Source of the DNA: an uncultured Chloroflexia bacterium
GTDB taxonomy: Bacteria > Chloroflexota > Limnocylindria > Limnocylindrales > CSP1-4
Direction of reading: 5' to 3'
Assembly: GCA_963813535.1 (NCBI GenBank)
Contig: CAWEZH010000003.1
Coordinates: 416,001-480,000, forward strand
Length of the DNA: 64,000 bases
Shown here in pieces: positions 48,428-58,202 of the stretch. A program made the translations under genes and the position numbers. The notes beneath the pieces are model-generated. The model was given only the letters and a program-made list of their open reading frames with translations. It was not told the origin of the DNA and did not search any database. Positions within the stretch are counted from its first letter, which is position 1. Each line of letters starts with the position of its first letter.

Positions 48428-48871
48428 CTAGAAGCCGCGTCGATAGGCGGCGAGCTTGACGACCGCCCCGACCACCGCCGACACGACGAACGCGAGGTAC
48501 ATCGCGTTCGCGATCCAGAAGTAGTCGAACTCCGCGACTGTCAGGACGAACGGCACGACCATGCCGACGCCGAGCACCGTGCCCGCGAAGTACTCGCCGA
48601 AGCGCCCGATGTCGCGGTCGCGGACATCCGCATCGTGACCTTCACCGTGACCCGCGACCTCGTCCGAGATGCGGCCGGCGATCTCGACGACGATGCGACC
48701 GACGATGGCGAGTGCGATGCCGATGCCGATCGACCACAGCATCGTCGGCACGTAGTCGATGTCAGCCGGCGCGGTCTGGCCGAGCTGCCCGAGGGTGATG
48801 ACGAGGTACGCGGCGTAGGTGACGACGATGACGACCAGGTAGACCCATTGGCCCCTCTCCTCGCTGGACAT
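48428..48871 (-). CDS. Membrane protein paired with the XRE regulator
   Basis: 4 TM helices; MSSEER..W, DVRDRDIGR and FWIANAMYLAF..YRRGF. Confidence 0.8.
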   Translation of the reverse strand: MSSEERGQWVYLVVIVVTYAAYLVITLGQLGQTAPADIDYVPTMLWSIGIGIALAIVGRIVVEIAGRISDEVAGHGEGHDADVRDRDIGRFGEYFAGTVLGVGMVVPFVLTVAEFDYFWIANAMYLAFVVSAVVGAVVKLAAYRRGF

Positions 48872-48883
48872 GCATCCGCTCCG

Positions 48884-48950
48884 ATGTAAAGGATGTTTGA
48901 CATCGGCGAATGTACGGTATGCCTGACATCATGTCAAGGATGATTTACAC
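48884..48950 (-). promoter_or_regulatory. Sigma70 promoter overlapped by three 20-bp pseudo-palindromic operators
   Basis: On -, TTGACA (48937-32)-17 nt-TACATT (48914-09). Sites are ATGTAAAGGATGTTTGACAT (48884-903), ATGTACGGTATGCCTGACAT (48910-929) and ATGTCAAGGATGATTTACAC (48931-950). Confidence 0.8.
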
Positions 48951-48992
48951 ACGAGGCAGCGAGATCGGCGCGTGGTCCTCCACACTGGGCGG

Positions 48993-50369
48993 GTGCCTCG
49001 TCGCCGCCGTCTCCTCAGCGCACTCCAGTTCTTTCCCCGCGGCGGCTCGTCGCACGTCGCCCGCGCGCTCGCTCTGGAACTCCCGTCATATGGCTGGGAC
49101 GTCACGGTCGTCTCTGGCTCACGGACCGACCTCGAGGCGTTCGGCGACGCCGCGAGCTTCTACGCCGGCCTCGAGGTCCATCCCGTGTCCTTCGACGAGG
49201 CGCTCGCCTCGTCCGACCCGCTCGACCCGCCGCCCGGGGCCGTGCCGATGCACCCGTCCTTCGAGGACCGTCCCGGCGCTCCGGACCGGGTGTTCGCCGC
49301 GCTAGATGACGACGCCTACGAGCGTCAGGTGACGGCATGGGCGCGCGCGCTGGCCGCCGCCGGCGCCGCCGACGCCGACGCACTGCACCTGCACCACCTC
49401 ACCCCGATCCACGAGGCGGCGTCGCGCGTTGCGCCGGACGTCCCGGTCATCGGCCATCTGCACGGCACTGAGCTGCTGATGCTCGAGGAGATCGCGGGCG
49501 GACCGCCCCCTGGCTGGACGTACGCTGAGGCCTGGGCGCAGCGGATGCGCGACTGGGCGAGCCGGTGCGAACGGCTGATCGTCCTTTCGCCGTCGGAGAT
49601 CCCCCGCGCCGAACGTTTGCTCGGACTCGACGCGGACCGACTGTTCGTGCTGCCCAACGGGTTCGACCCGCGTGTCTTCGTCCGCCGCGACGTCGATCGC
49701 GCGGCGTTGTGGCGAGACACGCTCGTCGAAGCGCCGCGCGGCTGGCTCCCGGACCAGGACGCCGGCACTGTGCGATATCGAGGCGAGGACCTCTCGCCGA
49801 TCGTCGACGGCGCAGTGGTCCTCACCGTCAGCCGCTTCACCTCGGTCAAGCGGCTTCCCCTGCTCATCGAGGCCTTCGCCCAGGCCCGCGACCGCGCGCG
49901 GGCCGCCGCCGGTCTCGTGATCGTCGGCGGCCATCCGGGCGAGTGGGAGGGAGAGCACCCAGCCGACACGATCGCCAGGCTCGGCGTGCGCGGAGTCTTC
50001 CTGGCCGGCTGGTACGACCACGTCGAGGTGCCGGCGTTCCTGTCGGTGGCCGACATGTTCGCGCTGGCCTCTGTGCGCGAGCAGTTCGGCCTCGTGCTCG
50101 TCGAGGCGATGGCGTGCGAAGTGCCGCCGATCGCCGTCGACCGCTTCGGCCCTGGCGAGATCATCGCCGACGGCGAGACCGGCTGGCTCGTGGAGCCCGA
50201 CGACGTCGGCGGCCTCGCCGCCGCGCTGCTCGAGGCGATCGACGACCCCGCCGAACGGGCGCGTCGTGGCGCCCGCGCGCACGCCGTCGCGCTTGAGCGC
50301 TATGGCTGGCCCGCACTCGCCCGGCGCTTCGCCGACGTGCTCGACGGGGTCGTGTTGGAAGATCCGTAA
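48993..50369 (+). CDS. Glycosyltransferase family 4 (GT-B)
   Basis: Motifs FFPRGGSSHV, HLHGTEL, LPNGFD, SRFTSVKR and EQFGLVLVEAMAC. Start uncertain (GTG 48993 or 48972). Confidence 0.88.
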   Translation: MPRRRRLLSALQFFPRGGSSHVARALALELPSYGWDVTVVSGSRTDLEAFGDAASFYAGLEVHPVSFDEALASSDPLDPPPGAVPMHPSFEDRPGAPDRVFAALDDDAYERQVTAWARALAAAGAADADALHLHHLTPIHEAASRVAPDVPVIGHLHGTELLMLEEIAGGPPPGWTYAEAWAQRMRDWASRCERLIVLSPSEIPRAERLLGLDADRLFVLPNGFDPRVFVRRDVDRAALWRDTLVEAPRGWLPDQDAGTVRYRGEDLSPIVDGAVVLTVSRFTSVKRLPLLIEAFAQARDRARAAAGLVIVGGHPGEWEGEHPADTIARLGVRGVFLAGWYDHVEVPAFLSVADMFALASVREQFGLVLVEAMACEVPPIAVDRFGPGEIIADGETGWLVEPDDVGGLAAALLEAIDDPAERARRGARAHAVALERYGWPALARRFADVLDGVVLEDP

Positions 50370-50407
50370 TTGGACGGGGCCGAGAACTGCACCCCGACCG
50401 CAGGCGC

Positions 50408-50791
50408 TCAGGCGTCGGCAGCCCGGCGCAGGCGCTCCAACTCGCGCCGCAGGCGCTTGCTCGGCCGGCCCTCCCCCCGGATTCGCGTGAACGATGGTTC
50501 ACCCTCGCGCACGACAGGCGGGCTGTGGTCCACGTAGCAGGTCGCGGCGACAGCGGCGCCGACGCGCGACTCGATCGGCCGCGTGACCTCGACGTCGCGC
50601 CGGCGATCGGCGATCAGCGCCTCGACCCGATCGCCCGCCCGGATCTTCGTCGAGGGCTTGGCCGACGAACCGTTCACGAGGACGTGGCCGGCCTCGCACA
50701 TCTGGCTCGCCAGAGGGCGGGTCTTCACGAGGCGCACCGCGCACAGCCAGCGATCGACCCGCGTCTCTTCGGGAGCAAGGGGACCCGTCAC
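50408..50791 (-). CDS. hslR: RNA-binding S4-domain protein (Hsp15-like)
   Basis: RVDRWLCAVRLVKTRPLA...GHVLVNG..AKPS...GRPSKRLRR. Confidence 0.85.
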   Translation of the reverse strand: MTGPLAPEETRVDRWLCAVRLVKTRPLASQMCEAGHVLVNGSSAKPSTKIRAGDRVEALIADRRRDVEVTRPIESRVGAAVAATCYVDHSPPVVREGEPSFTRIRGEGRPSKRLRRELERLRRAADA

Positions 50792-50878
50792 GCGTCCAAG
50801 GATGGCATGGCTCGCAAAGGCGTCGCGGCGTCCCAGCCGCCGGCCGCGCGGAGCCGCGGCTCGACGATGAGGTAGGAA

Positions 50879-50955
<77 letters not shown>

Positions 50956-51055
50956 ACCGAAATGCTCGTTTGACAGAGCCTGCGGATGATAGCAAACCGC
51001 CCGACGAAGCGGCCGGAGCCGCCCCGTCGGGCGTGGATCGCGTCGAGCCCGACGT

Positions 51056-52051
51056 CTAATTCGGCGTCAGCCAGACCGGGTAGTCGCGGATGTCCTCGGG
51101 GCTGCCGTCGACGGCCGATCCGAAGTACACGCGGAGCGTGCCCCACTGCGCCTTCGGGACGTCGTACTGCAACGTGACATCGAACGTGCCACGGCAACCG
51201 GTCCCGCACGTGGCCATCGTCATCTTGTCGACGAGGACCTTGCGCGCGCCGTCCAACAGCGCGACCCGGAATGTCGCCTCGAAGACGTTTGCCGTGCCGG
51301 TCACCCGGGCGGGGTTGTTGGCCGCGGCACCGAACGCCGGCCGGTCCACGAAGATCGACGGCATCAGGTCGTCGAAGTCCCTCCGCGCCTGCGGGCCGTC
51401 GAGCACGATGCCCTCGGAGCCGAACGTCGTGACCGTCCGACCCTCGACCTTGAACAGGACGGCTCGCACCGTCGGGAACTGGGTCAGCGTGAACACGACC
51501 TGCCCGAGGCGATACATCCCGGACGCGCTGCCGCCACCCGATTCGAACTGGCTCGACAGGTCGACGGTCGCGACGCCGTCCTTGATCGACAGCCCCAGCA
51601 CCCTCGTCCCGACAGGGATCGCGCTCGAGAGCTGCGAGTAGTCGTCGAGGGTCGACCTCGGGTCGAGCAGGGCGGTCATCGCCGCGCGCGCGACCCCGGC
51701 CGACTTGGGGACCGTGCGAAGCGTGGGCACGAGTCCTTCGACGCCGGGGGCGCCGTCGAGCACGTAGTAGGCGCGCACGACCATCGTCTCGACCGGGGTC
51801 GACGGCGAGGGTGTGGCGCTCGGTGGGGTCGATGGCGGGGTCGACGCCGGCTTCGATGGCGACGCCGACGGCGAACCAGAGGGCGACGGCGGGATCGACG
51901 GGGTGGCATCGGACGGGCCCGGATCGATCGACGGCGCCGCGGTCGGTGGCACGCTCGGCACCTGTCCGAGTCCACCCGACGACGTGCAGGCAGCGGAGGC
52001 GATGAGGAGACCGGCGAGGGCCGGGATGAGGAAACAGTGACGGTCGGCCAT
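51056..52051 (-). CDS. Lipoprotein with GerMN and Gmad2 Ig-like domains
   Basis: Lipobox SAAC and a Pro/Ser/Thr linker. GerMN motifs SAIPVGTRVLGLSI...ATVDLS...QVVFTLTQFPTV, and Gmad2 motifs GTANVFEA and GTGCRGTF. Confidence 0.87.
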   Translation of the reverse strand: MADRHCFLIPALAGLLIASAACTSSGGLGQVPSVPPTAAPSIDPGPSDATPSIPPSPSGSPSASPSKPASTPPSTPPSATPSPSTPVETMVVRAYYVLDGAPGVEGLVPTLRTVPKSAGVARAAMTALLDPRSTLDDYSQLSSAIPVGTRVLGLSIKDGVATVDLSSQFESGGGSASGMYRLGQVVFTLTQFPTVRAVLFKVEGRTVTTFGSEGIVLDGPQARRDFDDLMPSIFVDRPAFGAAANNPARVTGTANVFEATFRVALLDGARKVLVDKMTMATCGTGCRGTFDVTLQYDVPKAQWGTLRVYFGSAVDGSPEDIRDYPVWLTPN

Positions 52052-52099
52052 GATCGGATGGGCTCCTGGTGCGGTGCTCAGGTACCGAGCCTCGCCGAC

Positions 52100-53533
52100 C
52101 TACGTCGCAGCCACGTCTCTCGCACGTAACGATCCGGCAACGTCCTTGGGCAGGACGAGCTCGAGCCTGAGTCCGCCGCCCTCGCGGTTCATGGCCTGGA
52201 GGTAGCCGCCCATCAGCGCCGCATGCTCGGCGGCGATCGCGAGCCCGAGCCCGGAGCTGCCACCCGACCTCGACGGGTCCACCTTGGTGAAACGGTCGAA
52301 GATCATCTCGAGTCGATCCTCCGGTACGCCCGGACCGCGATCCGACACGGCGACCACAACCTCGTCGCCCCGGTCGTCGAGCTCGATCTCGACCTCGGCA
52401 TCCGCGGCATGCTCGCGCGCGTTATCGAGGAAGTTGCCGAGGATCCGCTCGAAGCGGCGCTGATCGACCTCGATCATCACGGGCTTCGGCGGAGCGACGA
52501 AGCGCGCATTCGGTGAACGGGCGGCACGGATCGTCTCGATGAGCCTCGCGAGGTGCACGCGCTCGAGTGCGACTTCCTCGGCGTCGGCATCGAAGCGGGA
52601 CAGCTCCATGAGCTCCTCGACGAGGTTCCGCAAGCGCGCGACATCGTTCACCAGCAGCTCGGCCGCGCGGCGCGTCTCGGGCGGCATCTCGTCGAGGTGC
52701 TCGCGGACGATCGAGGCTTCCGCGACCAGCGCCGTGACCGGGGTCCGCAGCTCGTGTGCCACGTCGGCCACGAACCGTCGGTTCTGGTGCTGGGAGACCT
52801 CCAGGCGCCGGATCGACTCCGCGAGCGTGTCGGTCATCCGGTTGAACCGATCCGCCCACGTCCCGAACTCGTCGTGCGACGTCACCGGGACGCGCGCGAG
52901 GAGGTCGCCGCGCTCGATCCGCTCGGCGGTGTGACCGGCCTCCTCGATCGGCGCGAGGATGCCGCGCGCGACGACTCGCGCCGTCAGCAACGCCAGGACC
53001 ACCAGCAGGACCGTGCCCACGAGGAGCACGCCGCGGAGCTGACCCACCGCGCCAGCGATGTCCGACACGTCGCGGACGAAGTACACCGCCAGACCGCCAC
53101 CCGGCGCCAGCCCGCCGACCACGAGCGATGGCTTGCCGGCGACGTCCAGCCAGGCGTAGGCGAGCTCGCCACGACCGACCCGCTGCGGGACGTCGGGCGG
53201 CAGCCGCGAGAGGAGATCGCCCAGGGTGTCGCTCGATTTGACACTCTCGCCGTCACCCAGGTCGATGACGGAGCCGACGTCGCGTTGGCGGAACGTATCG
53301 GTGAGGCCGCTCCGAACGATGTCATCGACGCTCGGCTCGTCCGGTAGCTGGCGGCCAGGGACGGTGACCGTGAGATCGAACGTCGCCTGCGCCGCGGCGT
53401 CCTGGAGCGCCTGTTGATGGAGGCGGGCATCGACGAACACGGACGCGCCGACCCCGAGCACCACCGCGGTGACCGCCACGAGGAGGACCAGCGCGCCGGC
53501 CAGTCGAGCCCGGACACCTCTCGGCCAGCGCAT
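52100..53533 (-). CDS. HAMP-domain sensor histidine kinase (MtrB/CseC-like)
   Basis: Two TM helices and a HAMP domain, H-box FVADVAHELRTP, N-box NFLDNA, DRGPG and GLGLAI. Confidence 0.94.
   Translation of the reverse strand: MRWPRGVRARLAGALVLLVAVTAVVLGVGASVFVDARLHQQALQDAAAQATFDLTVTVPGRQLPDEPSVDDIVRSGLTDTFRQRDVGSVIDLGDGESVKSSDTLGDLLSRLPPDVPQRVGRGELAYAWLDVAGKPSLVVGGLAPGGGLAVYFVRDVSDIAGAVGQLRGVLLVGTVLLVVLALLTARVVARGILAPIEEAGHTAERIERGDLLARVPVTSHDEFGTWADRFNRMTDTLAESIRRLEVSQHQNRRFVADVAHELRTPVTALVAEASIVREHLDEMPPETRRAAELLVNDVARLRNLVEELMELSRFDADAEEVALERVHLARLIETIRAARSPNARFVAPPKPVMIEVDQRRFERILGNFLDNAREHAADAEVEIELDDRGDEVVVAVSDRGPGVPEDRLEMIFDRFTKVDPSRSGGSSGLGLAIAAEHAALMGGYLQAMNREGGGLRLELVLPKDVAGSLRARDVAAT
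52126..52141 (-). promoter_or_regulatory. Possible OmpR-type direct-repeat box upstream of the GerMN gene
   Basis: On -, GTTGC-N6-GTTAC (11-bp period) about 75 bp upstream of the GerMN start, inside the 3' end of the kinase gene. Confidence 0.4.
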
Positions 53534-53542
53534 CGCGTCTGC

Positions 53543-54238
53543 CTAGCGGGCGGCTTTGTAGCCCGCGCCGCGGACCGTGAGGATGAGCTCGGGCGAGCCC
53601 GGATCGGCCTCGATCTTGGCGCGCAACCGGCCGACCGCCACGTCGACAAGGCGTAAATCGCCGAGGTAGTCGTAGCCCCAGATGCGATCCAGCAGCGTGT
53701 CACGAGCGAGGACCTGGCCGGGGTGGCGGGCAAGGTCGACGAGCAGGTCGAATTCGGTCCGGGTCAAGGGGATGTCCTCGGCCGTACCGGCGCGGGTCAC
53801 GCTCCGGCCGGCGACATCGATCACCAGGTCGCCGAGTCTGAGTGGCGGCGCATCGCCTTCCCCGTCCTCGCGTCGGGCGCCGCGCCGCAACGCCGCCCGG
53901 ACGCGGGCCACGAGCTCGGGCACCTCGAACGGTTTGCGGACATAGTCGTCGGCACCGGCCTCCAGACCGACCACGACATCGATCGTGTCTGCCCGGGCGG
54001 TGAGCATGACGATCGGGATCGTGGAACTGCGACGGATCTCGCGGGCGACCTCGAGGCCGTCCATCCGCGGCAGCATCACGTCGAGCAGGACGAGGTCGAA
54101 CTCCGCGGCGGCGAACCGGTCGAGTCCGGCCCGACCGTCGTCCGCCGTGTCGACGGTGAAGCCGGCATGGCGCAGGCCGATCGCGGTCACCTCCCGGATC
54201 GACGGGTCGTCCTCGACGAGCAGGATCCTGGCGTCCAC
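53543..54238 (-). CDS. OmpR-family response regulator (MtrA-like)
   Basis: Motifs LVEDD, LLDVMLP, MLTA..DT.DVV.GLE.GADDY..KPF and winged-helix LTRTEFDLL...TVRGAGYK. Confidence 0.95.
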   Translation of the reverse strand: MDARILLVEDDPSIREVTAIGLRHAGFTVDTADDGRAGLDRFAAAEFDLVLLDVMLPRMDGLEVAREIRRSSTIPIVMLTARADTIDVVVGLEAGADDYVRKPFEVPELVARVRAALRRGARREDGEGDAPPLRLGDLVIDVAGRSVTRAGTAEDIPLTRTEFDLLVDLARHPGQVLARDTLLDRIWGYDYLGDLRLVDVAVGRLRAKIEADPGSPELILTVRGAGYKAAR

Positions 54239-54253
54239 GCCGCGGAGTATGCC

Positions 54254-55462
54254 TCAGGCCCCGGCCGTCTCCGCATGGTCCGTTCGGATCGGGAGTGTCG
54301 CCAATGCGGCCGCCAGGAATGACGCAGCCATCAGCCCGAACACGACCGGGACACCCTGCTCTTCACCGAGTGTCTCGATGACGACGCCATACAGTGCCGT
54401 CCACAGCGAGCCGACGCCGAACGCGAGGGTGAAGTACAGCGCGTACGACGCGTCCCGCGTGGCCGGCGGAGCGATGTCCGCGAGAAGCGCCTGGAGTTGG
54501 GGCGACTCCGCGAACGAGAACAGGCCCATGATCACGATCCCCGCCCACAGCCAGGTGAGCGACGACCCACCGAGGACGAAGACACCGAAGCCGATCGCCC
54601 CGCCGACATAGGCGAGGATGATCAGCGGCTTGCGCCCGAACCGGTCCGACAGCCACCCGGCGAGCAGCGGCATCGGCACGCTGAACACGATCAACGCCCC
54701 GTACATCAAGCCTGACGTGGCGGCATCGAGGCCGATCACCCGGGTCAGGTAGATCAGCGCGAACAGGTTCACGACGCCGAGCCCGCGGCCGCCACCGCCG
54801 AGGACCGAGGTCAGGAACACCCAGCGCAGGTCGCGGTCGGCCACGACCCGCCGAAGCGCGTCGATGCTGCTGCCACCGGCCCGAGCAGCTGCCCGGTCCG
54901 TGCCGTGCTCTCGGACCAGCGCCAGGATCCCGAGCGCGATTGCGACCGCCGCCGCGCCGAACACGACCGACACCCCGCGCCAGCCGATCAGCGCGATCAG
55001 CGGCGTGCCGACGACCGCCACGACCACCGTCCCGACGTTGCCGCCCGCGATGTGGGCGCTGATCGCGAAACCGCGTCGCTCCGGCGGGTACTGCTCGGCC
55101 AGCAAGCCGTTGCCGACCGGATGCTGCGGCGATCCGCCGATGCGAGCGGCGATGTTCGGGATCGCGAACGTCACGAAGTTCGTCGCGAGCGACATCACGG
55201 CGAACCCGCCACCGAACAGGATCCCACCAAGGCCCAGCAACCGTCGGCGCGATACGCGGCGGGTCAGCTCTGCGTAGCTGAGCTGGACGAGCCCCGAGGC
55301 CATCGAACCGGCCGCGGCAAGGAACGCCACCGACTGCACGGTCACGCCGAACTCGTCGATGATCGCGAGGAAGATCAGCGGCAACAGGACGGCGAACGCG
55401 TGGTTGACGGCGTGCGCGACCGACAGCAGGCCGAGCGATCGACCCGGCCGCACGTCCATCAC
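54254..55462 (-). CDS. MFS transporter
   Basis: About 12 TM helices; motifs HAVNH, HPVG, RRGFAIS.H..GGNVG and GWLSDRFGRK. Confidence 0.9.
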   Translation of the reverse strand: MMDVRPGRSLGLLSVAHAVNHAFAVLLPLIFLAIIDEFGVTVQSVAFLAAAGSMASGLVQLSYAELTRRVSRRRLLGLGGILFGGGFAVMSLATNFVTFAIPNIAARIGGSPQHPVGNGLLAEQYPPERRGFAISAHIAGGNVGTVVVAVVGTPLIALIGWRGVSVVFGAAAVAIALGILALVREHGTDRAAARAGGSSIDALRRVVADRDLRWVFLTSVLGGGGRGLGVVNLFALIYLTRVIGLDAATSGLMYGALIVFSVPMPLLAGWLSDRFGRKPLIILAYVGGAIGFGVFVLGGSSLTWLWAGIVIMGLFSFAESPQLQALLADIAPPATRDASYALYFTLAFGVGSLWTALYGVVIETLGEEQGVPVVFGLMAASFLAAALATLPIRTDHAETAGA

Positions 55463-55501
55463 GTCGCCATGATGCCGGAAGCGTGCCGCGCCCTCGGCTC
55501 C

Positions 55502-56518
55502 TTAGCGCAGGTCCAGCACCTCGACGATCGCACTGACGGTCAGACCGGGCCTCGGGCCACCGAGCAGCACGTAGGCCTTGTCCCCGAGGGCCGCAGCGCC
55601 CAGGCCGTGTCGTGGCGCGGTCAACCCGGGAAGGGTCGTCGTCCCGGTCGCCCCGACGCACTCGACGTCGGCGAACGTCCCGTTCGGCCCTTCGCCGCCG
55701 ACGACGCAGTCCCCGAGGGCGCCTGCGGCGAACGCCGCAACACCACCCCGCGGCGTGGGCAGGTCCGGCCCGCGAGCGACATCGCCAGCCTCGGACACGA
55801 CATCCACGGTTCCCAGGTTGCCACTCGCATCGCGGCCGGCCAGGAATGCGACGGACCCGACCCCGGACGATGATGCCGCGAGATGCTCCCGCGGTCGGCT
55901 GAGGGATGCCAGGGGTCGCCACTCGCCGCTGTCGAGGATGAAGACGTCGGCCGAGACGCCGGACGGACTCACCCCACCGCCGTAGAGGATCGACGCTCGA
56001 CCGTCCCACGCCGCCGCCCCGGCAGCGCGGGCCTCTGGCAGTGGCTCGGCGCGGGACCAGACGCCCGCATCCGCATCGTCGAGTCGCCAGACCGCGACCG
56101 TCGGGCGGTCGAAGCCGTCGCCCGTGTATCCGCCGATGAGGAACAGGGACTCGCCATCCGACACGAGCGCCGAGTGGTGGACCGGCTCGGGCAACGGTGG
56201 CCACGACGCCCACGCGTCCCCGACCGGGTCGTACACCAGGAGGTGGCTGACCGCGCGACCTCCGTCGTCGAGCCCGCCCGCCACCCAGATGCGACCCTGA
56301 TGCGCCGCCGCGGCCACCTCCGTCAGCGCGATGGGTGCAGCGCCGGCGCGCACCCAGCCTGTCTCGCCGGGTGCTGCCGTCCGCCCCGGGTGATCCTGGA
56401 AGATCCCGAGACGGCGCGGGTCGGTCGCGATGACGAGTGCCAGCAGGCCGATCGCCAGGACGACGCCCAGCAATAGCAGCGCGCGCAGTCGAGTGGGGCC
56501 GCCCCGACGCGCGGTCAC
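55502..56518 (-). CDS. Membrane-anchored Kelch-repeat protein
   Basis: N-terminal TM helix followed by repeated h-h-G-G...W...P.PR units (IWVAGG, LFLIGG, LYGGG, FLAG, VVGG, VLLGG). Confidence 0.85.
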   Translation of the reverse strand: MTARRGGPTRLRALLLLGVVLAIGLLALVIATDPRRLGIFQDHPGRTAAPGETGWVRAGAAPIALTEVAAAAHQGRIWVAGGLDDGGRAVSHLLVYDPVGDAWASWPPLPEPVHHSALVSDGESLFLIGGYTGDGFDRPTVAVWRLDDADAGVWSRAEPLPEARAAGAAAWDGRASILYGGGVSPSGVSADVFILDSGEWRPLASLSRPREHLAASSSGVGSVAFLAGRDASGNLGTVDVVSEAGDVARGPDLPTPRGGVAAFAAGALGDCVVGGEGPNGTFADVECVGATGTTTLPGLTAPRHGLGAAALGDKAYVLLGGPRPGLTVSAIVEVLDLR

Positions 56519-56561
56519 TCGCGATCGCCGCCCGCGCGGCGCGGTCTCGAGAAGGACCGGG

Positions 56562-56813
56562 TCAGTGCTTCTTGGGCCGCTCGTACAGCTCCGCGCGCGG
56601 GTCGGTCGCGTGTCGCCCGTGGCCGGCCTCGGGCGTCTTCTTCGGGAGCACGTACAGGATCATCAGGGCGATCGGGCCGAGGATGATCCCGAGGATGGCC
56701 CAGGTCACCGCGCTCCGGCCGAAGCCGGGCGCCATGCGGTACGCATAGATGGCGCACACCACCCAGACGACCGCACCGAGTATGAACAGCCCGGTGCCGA
56801 GCAGCGGATCCAT
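56562..56813 (-). CDS. Small 2-TM membrane protein
   Basis: A..FGRS...WAILGIILGPIALMILYVLP. SD AGAGG. Confidence 0.75.
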   Translation of the reverse strand: MDPLLGTGLFILGAVVWVVCAIYAYRMAPGFGRSAVTWAILGIILGPIALMILYVLPKKTPEAGHGRHATDPRAELYERPKKH

Positions 56814-56828
56814 GGCGGTGGCCTCTAG

Positions 56829-58202
56829 CTAGAACTCGTCGAGGTAGCGGTCGACTTCCCAGTCGGACACCTGCGTACGGTACTCGTCCCACTCGGAGCG
56901 CTTCGCGTCGACATAGTGGTTGAAGATGTGGTCGCCGAGGGCCTCGCGGATCACCTCGTCGCGCTCGAGCTCGTCGAGCGCCTCGCCCAACGTCCCGGGC
57001 AGCTCGAGGATGCCCTTCTCGGCGATGCGAGCGGCATCCATCTCGAAGAGCGACTCCTCTACTGGCTCGGCCAGGGTCATGCCCTTCTCGACCCCGTCGA
57101 GGCCGGCCGCGATCATCGCGGCGAACGCGAGATACGTGTTCGAGGAGGGGTCCGGGCAGCGCACTTCGGCACGCGTGCCCTCGACGGACTTGCCCGGCGA
57201 CACCATCGGGACGCGGATCAGCGCCGAGCGGTTCGTCCGCCCCCAGGTCAGATAGGTCGGCGCCTCGTACCCGGGCACGAGCCGCTTGTACGAGTTCACC
57301 AGCGGCGCCAGGACCGCGATCATGCCGCGGGCATGCGCCAGGATGCCGGCCATGTATGAGCGGGCCACGTCCGACAGCCCGTAGGGATTGGCCGGGTCTG
57401 CGAAGGCATTCCGGTTTTCGGCGATCGAGTACAGCGACTGGTGGGTGTGCATCCCCGAGCCGTTGATCCCGTGGATCGGCTTGGGCATGAACGTGGCGTA
57501 CAACCCGTGCTGCTGGGCGATGGCCTTCAGCGCGAACTTGAACGTGATGGCGTTGTCAGCCGTCCGGAGCGCGTCCGAGTACTCGAAGTCGATCTCGTGC
57601 TGGCCGACCGCGACCTCGTGGTGGGCGGCCTCGACCCGGATGCCGAACGCCTCGAGCGCGTCGACCATGTCCTGCCGGATCTCCTGGGCGAGGTCGGTCG
57701 AGAAGTCGAAGTAGCCCGCCTGGTCGTGGGGCAGCGGCTCGATCGCCCCGTCCTCGCCGCGGCGGAACAGGAAGAACTCCAGCTCGGGACCGGTATTCAC
57801 GACATACCCGAGCTTCTGCGCCCGCTCGACCTGGCGACGCAGGACACGGCGCGGGTCGCCGACGAATGCCTCACCGTTGGGCGTGAAGACGTCGCAGATG
57901 ACGCGGGCTGTGCCGCGCGGTCCCGAGCCCGGCTGCCACGGGATCTCCGCGAAGGTGTCCATGTCCGGCATCAGGTACTGGTCCGACTCGGCGATCCGGG
58001 TGAACCCCTCGATCGACGAACCGTCGAACCACGTGCCGTGCTTGACCGAGCCCTCGAGCTGATGGACCGGGATCGTGACGGCCTTGACGTGGCCGATGAT
58101 GTCGGTGAACTGGAGCTGGATGAAGCGGATACCGCTGGACTTGGCGGCCTGGATCTTGGCGGTCGCGTCGGGGGCGGACTCGGGTCGGGTAGCGACGGTC
58201 AA
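56829..58202 (-). CDS. glnA: Glutamine synthetase type I, GSI-alpha-like
   Basis: TTG 58202 follows GGAGG. Motifs FDGSSIEGFTRIAESD, HHEVAVGQHEIDF, PKPIHGINGSGMHTHQS, RLVPGYEAP and NRSALIR. Phe at the adenylylation position (SLFEM). Confidence 0.9.
   Translation of the reverse strand: MTVATRPESAPDATAKIQAAKSSGIRFIQLQFTDIIGHVKAVTIPVHQLEGSVKHGTWFDGSSIEGFTRIAESDQYLMPDMDTFAEIPWQPGSGPRGTARVICDVFTPNGEAFVGDPRRVLRRQVERAQKLGYVVNTGPELEFFLFRRGEDGAIEPLPHDQAGYFDFSTDLAQEIRQDMVDALEAFGIRVEAAHHEVAVGQHEIDFEYSDALRTADNAITFKFALKAIAQQHGLYATFMPKPIHGINGSGMHTHQSLYSIAENRNAFADPANPYGLSDVARSYMAGILAHARGMIAVLAPLVNSYKRLVPGYEAPTYLTWGRTNRSALIRVPMVSPGKSVEGTRAEVRCPDPSSNTYLAFAAMIAAGLDGVEKGMTLAEPVEESLFEMDAARIAEKGILELPGTLGEALDELERDEVIREALGDHIFNHYVDAKRSEWDEYRTQVSDWEVDRYLDEF

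Noticed and set aside
51790-51960. Repetitive GGCGA/GGGTCGA tract
   Set aside because: It encodes the Pro/Ser/Thr linker of the GerMN lipoprotein and is not a CRISPR array or DNA repeat element.
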